Counted from the stretch's first letter, positions 38,787-48,155 are shown. The stretch is 64,000 bases of DNA from an uncultured Clostridia bacterium (GCA_947626885.1 CANQTX010000006.1:7025-71024), one strand, 5' to 3'. A program made the numbers and translations. Notes: generated from the sequence alone by a model not told the origin.

Positions 38787-39416
38787 TTATTTGACTTTTA
38801 TCTTAATGTTTCCATCCACAACTAAGAACCATTCTCCTTGACCGTAATTTTCTTTAGAAATTTCGTATACTTTACAGTCTTTAGTAGTAATTCCAGGATT
38901 TAAGTCGCTTAATACTTTTCTATCTGGATCTGTTTCTGTTGCATAATATGAACTAGCACTTATATCACTAGAATATTTAACGTCATTGGAATCAACTAAA
39001 TCTAGGCTAGGAAATTCCCAAGAATTTAAAGGTTTACTTGAAATATTTTTATAACTCAAATCAACACATACATAAGTTCCTCCTTCTGATGGTTGAGAAT
39101 TAACATATTGAGTTCCAACTTTTGAAGCTTCTTTTACACTTAAAATTGTTATTTCATAATCTCCATTTTGAATTGCGTCTCCTATATTATAAATTTTCTC
39201 TTGAGTAGAACCGGATGATGATGTTGTTGTTGTTTTAGTTGTTTGATTTGAACTTTTACCTGAACTAGCAACAACTACAATTATAACCAAAATAATAATT
39301 GTGTATAAAACAGGGTGTTTCATAAAAAAGTTCCTTTGGTCCTTTCCACATTTTGGACATTTTTTTGCAGAAGAACTAATTTCTTCGCCACATTCCTTAC
39401 ATTTTTTCATTGCCAT
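38787..39416 (-). CDS. zinc-ribbon / TM / DUF4352-like extracytoplasmic protein
   Basis: CKECG...CPKCG zinc ribbon, one TM helix, a Ser/Thr-rich linker and a beta-rich domain resembling DUF4352. Start at 39416 behind GGAGG. Confidence 0.6.
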   Translation of the reverse strand: MAMKKCKECGEEISSSAKKCPKCGKDQRNFFMKHPVLYTIIILVIIVVVASSGKSSNQTTKTTTTSSSGSTQEKIYNIGDAIQNGDYEITILSVKEASKVGTQYVNSQPSEGGTYVCVDLSYKNISSKPLNSWEFPSLDLVDSNDVKYSSDISASSYYATETDPDRKVLSDLNPGITTKDCKVYEISKENYGQGEWFLVVDGNIKIKVK

Positions 39417-39557
39417 AATAAAATCCTCCATTTTTTACAAATTTATATAAAGATATTATCACAAATAAATTTTATTTGCAATACATTTGTTATGCATATT
39501 AAATATTTTTTTTTGTTTATACTATGTATATATAAATGCATTGCGGAGATAAAAACT

Positions 39558-39731
39558 ATGAAAAAATTTAAAATTCCAACAACCCCATCAACTACAAATA
39601 AATGCATACGATTTCCTAATAATGTTATTGAAGATGTTGAAAAAGCAATTCAAGGAAAAGATTGTACTTTTACTGCGTTTGTTGTAGAAGCTGTAAGAAC
39701 AGCATTAGAAAATTTAAAAGAAGATAGTTAA
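39558..39731 (+). CDS. small ribbon-helix-helix (Arc/CopG-like) DNA-binding protein, 57 aa
   Basis: ATG at 39558 behind GGAGA. KCIRFPNNVIEDVEKAI...FTAFVVEAVRTALENL fits a beta-strand plus two helices. This is only the C-terminal part of track ORF 39315..39731, whose 5' part overlaps the divergent gene. Confidence 0.5.
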   Translation: MKKFKIPTTPSTTNKCIRFPNNVIEDVEKAIQGKDCTFTAFVVEAVRTALENLKEDS

Positions 39732-39749
39732 GTTTTTAAAAAACTTTAT

Positions 39750-40964
39750 TTATCTTTTTAATTTCATAAAAGATTTATTAATGAAATTTTCCAAATATTC
39801 TTCCGTATTTTTCAAGTAAATGGTTGATATTATCAAAGAAAACATTAATATTGAAACCGATATTGCCAGTATATTTACATCATAGAAATAATTATATAAT
39901 ATATATATTAGACTATAACTAATTATTTGTCCTAGTGTCATATAAATATTATAGGTAAGTATATGTTCTTTCTTGTATTCTATTAAATCTTCTGTTCTTA
40001 TTGCTGAATATACTATGCTACATGATTCTGACTCAATTATTGTTCCTAGAGAATTCATTAAAATATAGTATATTAGCAATGTGATAAAGCTTGAATTATA
40101 TACCACTAGTAATGAGGATAAAAATATTATAATTGCTAAGTATGGATAAAAATCCTTTTTTATATTTTTCTTATTTAGTATTTTTAATATTTGCAATGAT
40201 ATTATTGAAAGTATTGCGAATGCTGAATTATAAACACCTAAATTCATTTCTGTCCTTAATCTTAAAAATAATATTATTGGCAATAATTCTGTCATAGCTC
40301 CTTGAGATGATATTCTTCTGTAAAACATGCATTTATAAATATCTTGTATATGCTTTTTATCTTTACTTATTTTAAAGAATTTTCTCAATTCTAATTTTTT
40401 GTCACTAACTGTAAAGTCTTTTATTTTGAACGATATTGCTATAATAATTAATGTTTCTAATATTAATATAATAAATAATATATAATAAGAAAATCTTTGT
40501 ATTATAAAACCTGAAAAAATAGGAGTTAATATTGTTGCAATACTTGAAAGTATATTTATATTTGCCATAAAACTACTCATAGTATCATTATTATTTGATC
40601 CGATTACTATTAATTCATACGGCATCGAATAACATACTTCTGCTAGTCTTTCCAATATTTTAAATAAAAAAATATATTTAACTATATTTTCTTTAAATAC
40701 TAATAATGCTAAAATATTTAATATTAATAAGGGAAAACTCAATTTATATATAGCTTTGGCATTTCTTGAGTTAATCAATTTTAATATAGTATAACAAATT
40801 ATAAATTCTACAATTACTCCAAATAGTGTATATTTTATTATAAAACTTAAATCATTATTTACTATTTTTAATATATATATATTAAAAAATAAATTAAAGA
40901 AAACTCTTATAAATTTTCTAAAAAACGATATTATTGCTATGTATCTTCTATTTTCTTGTTCCAT
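39750..40964 (-). CDS. polytopic membrane protein (MFS-like transporter?), extremely AT-rich
   Basis: 404 aa with about 10-12 hydrophobic helices. The codon usage is dominated by AT-rich codons, even more than the neighbours. No diagnostic motif recognised. Confidence 0.45.
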   Translation of the reverse strand: MEQENRRYIAIISFFRKFIRVFFNLFFNIYILKIVNNDLSFIIKYTLFGVIVEFIICYTILKLINSRNAKAIYKLSFPLLILNILALLVFKENIVKYIFLFKILERLAEVCYSMPYELIVIGSNNNDTMSSFMANINILSSIATILTPIFSGFIIQRFSYYILFIILILETLIIIAISFKIKDFTVSDKKLELRKFFKISKDKKHIQDIYKCMFYRRISSQGAMTELLPIILFLRLRTEMNLGVYNSAFAILSIISLQILKILNKKNIKKDFYPYLAIIIFLSSLLVVYNSSFITLLIYYILMNSLGTIIESESCSIVYSAIRTEDLIEYKKEHILTYNIYMTLGQIISYSLIYILYNYFYDVNILAISVSILMFSLIISTIYLKNTEEYLENFINKSFMKLKR

Positions 40965-41135
40965 CTTTTCTCCTATTCTTATTGCTTAAGAAATGTATCA
41001 TAGCATCTCTTCTATTTTTGTTTACAATTTCAAGAAATTTTATAGCTAAATTATAACAATATTTTCTACATACTACAACAAAAATGGAATATTTCTTAAT
41101 TTTCCAAATTTTTTTGTTTTCACTATATAATTATA

Positions 41136-41167
41136 ACAAAAGAAACCTCTTTCGAGGTTTCTTTTGT
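41136..41167. terminator. rho-independent terminator
   Basis: ACAAAAGAAACCTC-TTTC-GAGGTTTCTTTTGT, 14-bp perfect arms, downstream of the HAD gene. Confidence 0.7.
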
Positions 41168-41217
41168 ACTTTTTTTAGTATATTATGTACACATTATTTT
41201 TTACTCTTTTTTAAATA

Positions 41218-41808
41218 TTATCTTTCCATTTCTATATTATCTTTTTTAGAACATATTTGATTTATTAATTCTAATAAGTTAATCCATGTACTAACACTTC
41301 TAATATTATTTCTTATCAGTTCTTCTCTAGTAATGTCAGATTCAAATCCAATTACTGGAATTTTAAGTTTCTGTTGCACTTCTAAACAATTTTTTGGAGA
41401 ATCATCAACAAATAAGTTGACATTATTCTTTCTACAATCTTCAACTTTATCTTTACTATTATATATTATTGCATCATATTCAATTTCATTTTCCCTTAAA
41501 GTTTCTATAGTAACTTTCTCTGACCCTGGAAAAGTAATATTACCTCTTGCAGTAATTAAAATGATTTTGTTAGATTGTTCTCTTAATTTTTTGATTGATT
41601 CAGTAACATTTTCCATTGGTTTTGCTTTTTTCATTGCTGGAACTCCATGATCTTTTAAAAATTGTCCAACTTTACTATTAATAGCATCTCCTCGCATAAT
41701 ATCTAATTTATGACTCAATATTTCTTCATCTTCACATTCATCTAATATAGTTTTTAGTGCTTCACTAGTTTTAAAAATAACATCATCAATGTCTAATCCT
41801 ATAATCAT
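41218..41808 (-). CDS. HAD-superfamily hydrolase (5'(3')-deoxyribonucleotidase-like)
   Basis: Motif I IIGLDIDDVIF, motif III/IV ...K...FVDDSPKN. Start at 41808 behind GGAGG. Confidence 0.6.
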   Translation of the reverse strand: MIIGLDIDDVIFKTSEALKTILDECEDEEILSHKLDIMRGDAINSKVGQFLKDHGVPAMKKAKPMENVTESIKKLREQSNKIILITARGNITFPGSEKVTIETLRENEIEYDAIIYNSKDKVEDCRKNNVNLFVDDSPKNCLEVQQKLKIPVIGFESDITREELIRNNIRSVSTWINLLELINQICSKKDNIEMER

Positions 41809-41939
41809 TTTTTTCCTCCAAATTTCCATTTAATTAATATAATTTTACTAGATATAGTTTAAGTTTATCATAATTTTCAGTATTTTCAACAAAAAAGCTA
41901 AAAAAATACCAGCCTTTTCAGAATGGTATTTAATATATC

Positions 41940-41968
41940 TGTTCTGTTAGTTCGAACAGATACGTCGT
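41940..41968 (-). repeat. conserved 3' trailer, copy downstream of tRNA-Leu
   Basis: Plus strand TGTTCTGTTAGTTCGAACAGATACGTCGT. Together with the adjoining TGGTG of the tRNA 3' end, it matches 50676-50709 at 32 of 34 positions (23 contiguous identical nt). It contains the hairpin TCTGTTC/GAACAGA. Confidence 0.85.
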
Positions 41969-42051
41969 TGGTGCGGATGAGAGGACTTGAACCCCCACGG
42001 TTTCCCACTAGATCCTAAGTCTAGCGCGTCTGCCAGTTTCGCCACATCCGC
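41969..42051 (-). tRNA. tRNA-Leu (anticodon UAG), CCA encoded
   Basis: Reverse complement: GCGGATGTGGCGAAACTGGCAGACGCGCTAGACTTAGGATCTAGTGGGAAACCGTGGGGGTTCAAGTCCTCTCATCCGCACCA. Acceptor GCGGATG/CATCCGC, anticodon loop CTTAGGA, long variable arm. Confidence 0.9.
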
Positions 42052-42071
42052 ATTCGTCAATAACAATATTA

Positions 42072-42101
42072 ATCATAGCATAAAAGCAACAAAATTGTCA
42101 A
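42072..42101 (-). promoter_or_regulatory. sigma-A promoter of tRNA-Leu
   Basis: Minus strand TTGACA (42101-42096), an 18-nt spacer, then TGcTATGAT (extended -10; TATGAT at 42077-42072), about 20 nt upstream of the tRNA 5' end. Confidence 0.55.
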
Positions 42102-42227
42102 TACTTTAGAAAAAAATTGTTAAGTGTACTTTAATATTTAAAACTTACATGTTCACATGTATTTTATTTTCTTTATTCACTCATCATATGCTATTTTCTA
42201 TTGTCTCATGATATCTTTTATATTTGC

Positions 42228-43214
42228 TTAAAATATTTCATAAAAATTTTTAAAAGTATATCCTTCATTTTTAAAATACTGTATAATATCTGGAAGTGCT
42301 TCTACCGTTTGCGTTTTATCATTGGCATCATGCATTAAAAGTATAATACTATTTTGATTCTCCTTCGTAGAAATCATTTCATTCATACATGCTTCCTTTG
42401 TAGTATTTCCTGCAGCATCTCCTGTTAAGCAATTCCAATTGGTATAAGCAACACCATAATTACTAAATAACTCTCTTGCTTTTTGCTTTACTTCTGAATA
42501 ATATCCCCCTGTAGAGCCTCCTGGAAATCTAAACAAATAAGAGTTATATTTCTGATTATTCAAGGCTTTTTTTATTGCATTTTCACAATCTACATATTCT
42601 TGAAAAGTTTTATCCTCATTTTCGTATACTGATGAATATTGATGAGAATATCCATGGTTCGCAATATAATGTCCCTCTTCAAATTCTCTTTTTAGCATAT
42701 CTGGATACAATTCTACTCTAGCTCCCAAAACAAAAAATGTCGCTTTAATATTGTTTTCTTTTAATATATCTAATATTTGTGGTGTTATGTCCTTTGATGG
42801 TCCATCATCAAATGTTAAATAAACTTGCTTCTCATCTGAAAAATAAATATCTTTTATCATTTGCTGTGCATTGGGATTAGCTTGTGGAATAAAGTTGTTT
42901 TGAATCATTTCTATATCATGGTTAGCAATTTGCATATGATTTCCTTCATACATTGCTAAATGTTTATCTTTTTTATTAACTTTTTTTTGCGTAATAACAT
43001 GTTTTTCATTTGTATTCGAATTGATTGCTGACTCCATTTCTTGATTTTGTGAAGCCATAACTAGTTTCTGATAAGAAATATAAAAACTACCAAACATAAT
43101 TAAAAAACATGCAAATACGATTGCAATAAATAAAATTACTTTTTTAATATTTAATTTTTCTTTCTTAATAAGACCTACTTCCCTGTTTTCATTATCATAT
43201 AACATTTTATGCAT
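42228..43214 (-). CDS. membrane-anchored polysaccharide deacetylase (NodB homology domain, CE4)
   Basis: N-terminal TM helix, YLTFDDGP, HGYSH and LLMHD motifs; 328 aa. Confidence 0.8.
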   Translation of the reverse strand: MHKMLYDNENREVGLIKKEKLNIKKVILFIAIVFACFLIMFGSFYISYQKLVMASQNQEMESAINSNTNEKHVITQKKVNKKDKHLAMYEGNHMQIANHDIEMIQNNFIPQANPNAQQMIKDIYFSDEKQVYLTFDDGPSKDITPQILDILKENNIKATFFVLGARVELYPDMLKREFEEGHYIANHGYSHQYSSVYENEDKTFQEYVDCENAIKKALNNQKYNSYLFRFPGGSTGGYYSEVKQKARELFSNYGVAYTNWNCLTGDAAGNTTKEACMNEMISTKENQNSIILLMHDANDKTQTVEALPDIIQYFKNEGYTFKNFYEIF

Positions 43215-43483
43215 TCCCTCTTTTATGAATTTATCAGAATTTTATTTATCTTTCAATTGAATCTACATTGATTATTCCCATAAAATCAAATATTACTTTT
43301 ATTATATAGTATTTTATTAAAAATTCAAGTATTATATTACAGTTTTCGACATTTTTTTACTATATTTCATATAAAATGATTTTTTCTATTACATGCAGAA
43401 AAAAGTCACATTTCTACACTATATGATATTAGTAAAAACAATGTGACTTTTAACTACTTTTTTAACATTTCTATCCAATTATA

Positions 43484-46183
43484 TTATTCATCTTTTGTTG
43501 TATTCCATTTTAAAAACTTCATAATTTCAACTATAATTAATGGTGCTATTATCAATATGATTGTTTCTCCCAATTTTTCTAATGGTAGCGAAACAATTCC
43601 AAATAATTGTTGTAATGCTGGCACCAATAAAACTATTAACATTAATGCTGCTGAGACCACAATTGCTAAGATTAATTTTCCATTATTAAATGGATTTGAT
43701 TTAAAAATTGATTCTTTGTTATTTCTAATGTTAAATACATGAACCAATTCTGATAATGCTAATACTGTAAATGCCATTGTTTCTCCTATTGCTATTTTCT
43801 CAGGAATTGTTACACCCTTTGTTGCTAATCCTAACATGAATGCAATTAACGTTAATAAGCCTACCATAATACCTTGATAAATAATTCTAAATGTCATTCC
43901 CTTTGTAAAAATTCCTTTTTTATTTTTTAAAGGTTTTCTTTTCATAATTCCATTCTCAGCAGGATCTACTGCTAAAGCTAATGCTGGAAGAGAGTCTGTT
44001 ACTAAATTAATCCACAAAATTTGTACGGGTAATAAAATATCTAAATCATTGATATATTCTGAAGTAATCCCAAATTGGTTTGAGAAAAAAGGTGTTAATA
44101 ATATTGCTAAAAACAGTACTACAATTTCTCCTACATTACTTGATAACAGAAAAGCAATGGCTTTTAAGATATTATCATAAATTCTTCTTCCCTCTTCAAC
44201 AGCTGAGACTACTGTTGCAAAATTATCATCTGTTAAAATAACATCTGCTGCTTCTTTTGCCACATCAGTTCCTACTACTCCCATAGCACATCCAATATCT
44301 GCTTTTTTTAGTGCTGGTGCATCGTTAACGCCATCCCCAGTCATAGCTACAATCTCTCCATTAGCTTGCCAAGCTCTTACAATACGTACTTTATGTTCTG
44401 GTGATACTCTTGCATAAACAGATATATTTTTTACTTTTTCTATCAGCTCATCATCTGTTATTTTTTCCAACTCTGCTCCCGTTATAGCTTCACTTTCATT
44501 TTTTAAAATACCCAATTCTTTAGCAATAGCAGTTGCTGTAATTTTGTGATCTCCTGTAATCATAACTGTTTTAATACCTGCTGATATACATTTCTTAACA
44601 GCCTCTTTAGCCTCTTCTCTTGGTGGATCTATCATACCAACCATACCTACAAAAATTAGTTCTGACTCTAATTTTTGTATATCTTCTTCTGATAGTGTGT
44701 GATTAATAATTTTATAACCTGCTGCCAAAACTCTTAAAGCGCCTTCTGCCATTTTCTGATTGCATTCTTGAATCCTTTGTTTATAATTTCCTAAGTCAGA
44801 CTGTATTTCTCCATTTTTTTGATATGATGTGCAGCATTTTAATAATTCATCTACACCACCTTTTGTATAAACTACAAATGTATCTCCCACTTTATGCACA
44901 GTCGTCATTAATTTTCTATCAGAATCAAAAGGAATTTCTGCTATTCTAGGATAATTTTCTAATTGAAATCCAATTTTATTTCCCATATCAATTAAAGCTG
45001 TTTCTGTTGGATCTCCTGTTAATGTACCATCATCTGCAATTTTTGTATCATTACAAAGCATATTGGCTTCTAATAACAATTTTACTTCTTCATCTATATC
45101 TTTTACTTTGTCTAAATCTGTTAAAATACCATTGGTAAATATCTTTTGCACTGTCATTTTATTTTGCGTTAATGTACCTGTTTTATCAGAACAAATGACT
45201 GACGCACTTCCTAAGGTTTCTACAGCTGGAAGTCTTTTTACAATAGCATTTCTTCTAACCATTCTCTGAACACCAATAGCAAGAACAATAGTAGATACAG
45301 CAGCTAATCCTTCTGGAATAGCTGCTACAGCTAAAGATACTGCTGTCATAAACATATTAAGTGGTGCTTTTCCATAAAGCATTCCTACTACAAATATAAT
45401 AAAACAAATCATTAAAGCAACAATACCTAATGTTTTTCCTAAATTATTTAATTTCATTTGCAATGGAGTTTGTGTTTCTTCTGTTTCATTTATCATCTCT
45501 GCTATTTTTCCAACTTCCGTTTTCATAGCTGTTTCAACTACAATTCCTTTTCCCCTACCATAAGTAATTAAACTTGAGGAAAATAATAAATTTTTTCTAT
45601 CTCCTATTCCTATATTTTCATCTTCAATGGTATTAGATGATTTTTCTACTGGAACAGACTCTCCTGTTAATGCTGACTCCTGTGCTTTTAAATTCACAGC
45701 CTCTGTAATTCTAATATCTGCTGGTACAAAATCTCCTGTATCTAATACAACTATATCGCCTGGTACTAAATCTGCTGACTGTACCACTGATAAATTTCCA
45801 TCTCTTATAACTTTAGCAACATGACTACTTAATTTTTGTAATGCTTCTAATGATTTTTCAGCTTTATTTTCTTGTGCTACTCCAATGATAGCATTTACAA
45901 TAATAACAACAAGTATAATAAAAGTATCTGCTATTCCCTCTCCTTGCTGAATTCCAACAATTCCAGAAACAATTGCTGCAATAATCAATACAATAATCAT
46001 AAAATCTTTAAATTGTTCTAAAAATTTTTGTAATAAGCTTTTTTTCGCTTTACCTTTTAATTCATTTTTCCCATATTTTTCATAACGCTTTATTACTTCT
46101 TGTGATGATAATCCATTTTGTAAATCTGTTTCTAGTTTTTTAACTGTTTCTTTCACTGATATATGAAACCATTTTTCTTCCAT
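43484..46183 (-). CDS. P-type cation-transporting ATPase (type IIA, Ca2+/Mn2+-ATPase-like)
   Basis: CSDKTGTLT phosphorylation site, IPEGL in TM4, TGDGVNDAPALKKADIG, TGES. Start at 46183 behind AGGAGG; the track ORF is 20 codons longer. Confidence 0.9.
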   Translation of the reverse strand: MEEKWFHISVKETVKKLETDLQNGLSSQEVIKRYEKYGKNELKGKAKKSLLQKFLEQFKDFMIIVLIIAAIVSGIVGIQQGEGIADTFIILVVIIVNAIIGVAQENKAEKSLEALQKLSSHVAKVIRDGNLSVVQSADLVPGDIVVLDTGDFVPADIRITEAVNLKAQESALTGESVPVEKSSNTIEDENIGIGDRKNLLFSSSLITYGRGKGIVVETAMKTEVGKIAEMINETEETQTPLQMKLNNLGKTLGIVALMICFIIFVVGMLYGKAPLNMFMTAVSLAVAAIPEGLAAVSTIVLAIGVQRMVRRNAIVKRLPAVETLGSASVICSDKTGTLTQNKMTVQKIFTNGILTDLDKVKDIDEEVKLLLEANMLCNDTKIADDGTLTGDPTETALIDMGNKIGFQLENYPRIAEIPFDSDRKLMTTVHKVGDTFVVYTKGGVDELLKCCTSYQKNGEIQSDLGNYKQRIQECNQKMAEGALRVLAAGYKIINHTLSEEDIQKLESELIFVGMVGMIDPPREEAKEAVKKCISAGIKTVMITGDHKITATAIAKELGILKNESEAITGAELEKITDDELIEKVKNISVYARVSPEHKVRIVRAWQANGEIVAMTGDGVNDAPALKKADIGCAMGVVGTDVAKEAADVILTDDNFATVVSAVEEGRRIYDNILKAIAFLLSSNVGEIVVLFLAILLTPFFSNQFGITSEYINDLDILLPVQILWINLVTDSLPALALAVDPAENGIMKRKPLKNKKGIFTKGMTFRIIYQGIMVGLLTLIAFMLGLATKGVTIPEKIAIGETMAFTVLALSELVHVFNIRNNKESIFKSNPFNNGKLILAIVVSAALMLIVLLVPALQQLFGIVSLPLEKLGETIILIIAPLIIVEIMKFLKWNTTKDE

Positions 46184-46278
46184 TTTCTCCTCCTGATTTT
46201 TCTTTTTTATTATTTCCTTATTTTTATAAAATTCTTCTTTCAATTTTCATTTTTTAAATTTTTTACTATCTCAGAAAT

Positions 46279-47169
46279 TTAATCATCATATTGCTTTAAA
46301 AAATTTAAGATTTCTTTTGCCAAAATATTTTCTTTATCTGTATAATTATGATTTGCCCCATCAATAAAACAAATATCTTTATCTTTCTTGTTTATTTTGG
46401 TATTTAGCATTTGAGTTAATATTTCAACACGCTGTTCTACCATTTCATTTACATTTCCCCATCTCATAAATAATGGAACAGATATATTATTTAGTGCATT
46501 AAAAGTAAAATTGCTATTACTATATTGTGCAAAATCAAATGTTTTATAATATTTTGCATATTTTAAAAATGTTTTTACAGAAATAGGATATATAAAGCTT
46601 TCATTAGGCATAATATCATATTCCCTACCTGTTTTTTCTTTTTCTTCTGCTAATTGTAAAAAAGTAGGGAAATTTTTACCCAGATGAACACGTAATACTC
46701 TTGGAATATCTACCAATGATAATAATAGCATTCCTTTAATATAGGATAGTATTTCCGAATTTTCTTTTTGCAACTTATGATATGTATATAGTGTTTTTGT
46801 ACTGCCTAAACTATGCCCTTGTAAATAGATTTCTGTATACCCCATTTCAATTGACTTCATTATAGCACCTTTTATATCATAATATCCTTCTTCAACATCT
46901 TCATAAGTTGTACCTGCTAATATTTTTGTTATTTCTCCATTTTGCTCTTTTTTTAAAGTTCTTACAAGCTCACTTCCTCTATTATTATAAATAAAAAAAT
47001 CTATATGACCTTCTGCTATTTTTTGTGCAATTATTTTATCTCTTTCTCTAAAGCAATTACCATTCATCCCATGTGTTGCGATTACTACTCTTTTAGTATG
47101 ATTTTTATGAAGAAAACCATCTAACATAACACCATCTGCTGCTTTAAATTTTATGATTTCTACTTGCAT
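46279..47169 (-). CDS. alpha/beta-fold hydrolase
   Basis: 296 aa with nucleophile elbow GHSLG. Lies 35 nt upstream of the ATPase gene, so they are probably co-transcribed. Confidence 0.6.
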   Translation of the reverse strand: MQVEIIKFKAADGVMLDGFLHKNHTKRVVIATHGMNGNCFRERDKIIAQKIAEGHIDFFIYNNRGSELVRTLKKEQNGEITKILAGTTYEDVEEGYYDIKGAIMKSIEMGYTEIYLQGHSLGSTKTLYTYHKLQKENSEILSYIKGMLLLSLVDIPRVLRVHLGKNFPTFLQLAEEKEKTGREYDIMPNESFIYPISVKTFLKYAKYYKTFDFAQYSNSNFTFNALNNISVPLFMRWGNVNEMVEQRVEILTQMLNTKINKKDKDICFIDGANHNYTDKENILAKEILNFLKQYDD

Positions 47170-47194
47170 ATTAAATTCCTTTCCCTCGATAAGA

Positions 47195-47325
47195 AAAAAG
47201 ACTTTTAAAGAAACAACATTACTGTTATTGTTTCTTTAAAAGTCTCACTCCTTTACAGGTTACTAACCAGATAAAATATCGAGATTGTTGATTAGTAATT
47301 TTCAAGCTACTCCCTTTTAAATACA
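47195..47325 (-). promoter_or_regulatory. structured 5' leader with an intrinsic terminator (candidate riboswitch/attenuator, or a small RNA)
   Basis: Minus-strand RNA UUUAAAAGGGAGUAGCUUGAAAAUUACUAAUCAACAAUCUCGAUAUUUUAUCUGGUUAGUAACCUGUAAAGGAGUGA. It is followed by a 17-bp perfect hairpin GACUUUUAAAGAAACAA / UUGUUUCUUUAAAAGUC (47244-47200) and UUUUUU, then the RBS and ATG of the hydrolase gene at 47169. Confidence 0.55.
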
Positions 47326-47330
47326 TTTGC

Positions 47331-47359
47331 ATTATACTAAAAAGAAATAACTTTTTCAA
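47331..47359 (-). promoter_or_regulatory. sigma-A promoter driving the leader
   Basis: Minus strand TTGAAA (47359-47354), a 17-nt spacer, then TATAAT (47336-47331). Confidence 0.6.
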
Positions 47360-47392
47360 GTATTTTTTGATTTCTTTTTTGAAAAGAAAAAT

Positions 47393-47432
47393 AAAAAAAT
47401 TAATTCTCAATTTTTTAAGAATTAATTTTTTT
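47393..47432 (-). terminator. rho-independent terminator of the DUF5684-like gene
   Basis: 15-bp perfect arms AAAAAAATTAATTCT / AGAATTAATTTTTTT, 11 nt after the stop codon. Confidence 0.65.
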
Positions 47433-47443
47433 ATTTTAGCCTT

Positions 47444-47860
47444 TTATTGTCCACCTGGACCTAGATATTCAGCTTTTCCTAAACCTAGGTATATATGAGT
47501 AATACCTGGGAAGAAGATTAAAGCTAATGTACAACCTATTCCTTTACCAAATGATTTGGCAAGTTTGTATGGTTGATGGATTATTGGATAAAGATTCACT
47601 ATCGGTATAAAACATAATAAAATTAACCAAGGTGATTCACCACTCATTTTGAAAAGTAAGACTGCATTATAAATAGGGATAATTGATTTCCATCCAGCTA
47701 TACCAGCCTTAGTAAACATTTTCCACATGCCAATTATTTCAAGTATATAAATGATTGCTAGAATAGTATATAGAACAGTTAAAACTCCACCTGTAATTTG
47801 TCCAACCGTGTAAATCTCGCTATTTGATAACCCAGAAAAATCTAAATTACTACCATCCAC
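47444..47860 (-). CDS. small multi-TM protein resembling DUF5684
   Basis: WKMFTKAGIAGWKSIIPIYNAVLLFKMSGESPW matches my memory of the DUF5684 core. GTG start with AGGAG 9 nt upstream. Confidence 0.55.
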   Translation of the reverse strand: MDGSNLDFSGLSNSEIYTVGQITGGVLTVLYTILAIIYILEIIGMWKMFTKAGIAGWKSIIPIYNAVLLFKMSGESPWLILLCFIPIVNLYPIIHQPYKLAKSFGKGIGCTLALIFFPGITHIYLGLGKAEYLGPGGQ

Positions 47861-47986
47861 AAGAATCTGCTCCTTTCTATTTTTTTTATTAACTCTATTT
47901 CTCCATGTTTATACAATTTTGTTAATGTTGATTTTCCCTTTTTCATTTTTTGCTATGGTAAGAACAGAAATATTGTTGATGTACTT

Positions 47987-48073
47987 TTACTTCTTTCTTA
48001 TTTTTATTCTTATAGCATTAATGATTGCTAAAACAATCCAGAAAACTCCTGCACCAAAAAGAGAACTAATCAT
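47987..48073 (-). CDS. mini-ORF 2 (27 aa): hydrophobic helix plus polybasic tail
   Basis: MISSLFGAGVFWIVLAIINAIRIKIRKK*. Its ATG sits inside the TATGATTAG that ends mini-ORF 1. It is too short for the ORF track. Confidence 0.3.
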   Translation of the reverse strand: MISSLFGAGVFWIVLAIINAIRIKIRKK

Positions 48074-48155
48074 ATTCTACAAAGAACCAAATTGCTGCAG
48101 CTACTTGCCATAAAGGTGCTTCATATTTTTCGCAAAACTCATTAAATTTTTCCAT
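48066..48155 (-). CDS. mini-ORF 1 (29 aa)
   Basis: MEKFNEFCEKYEAPLWQVAAAIWFFVEYD*, preceded by GGAAGGAG 7 nt upstream of the ATG at 48155. Confidence 0.35.
   Translation of the reverse strand: MEKFNEFCEKYEAPLWQVAAAIWFFVEYD

Noticed and set aside
39315-39557. N-terminal 81 codons of track ORF 39315..39731
   Set aside because: This part overlaps the divergent zinc-ribbon gene and its promoter region. A good RBS precedes only the internal ATG at 39558, so only the 57-aa RHH protein is reported.
47225-47410. 61-aa minus-strand ORF upstream of the hydrolase gene
   Set aside because: It spans the promoter, leader and terminator hairpin of the riboswitch-like element. It has no SD, and its start lies upstream of the predicted transcription start.
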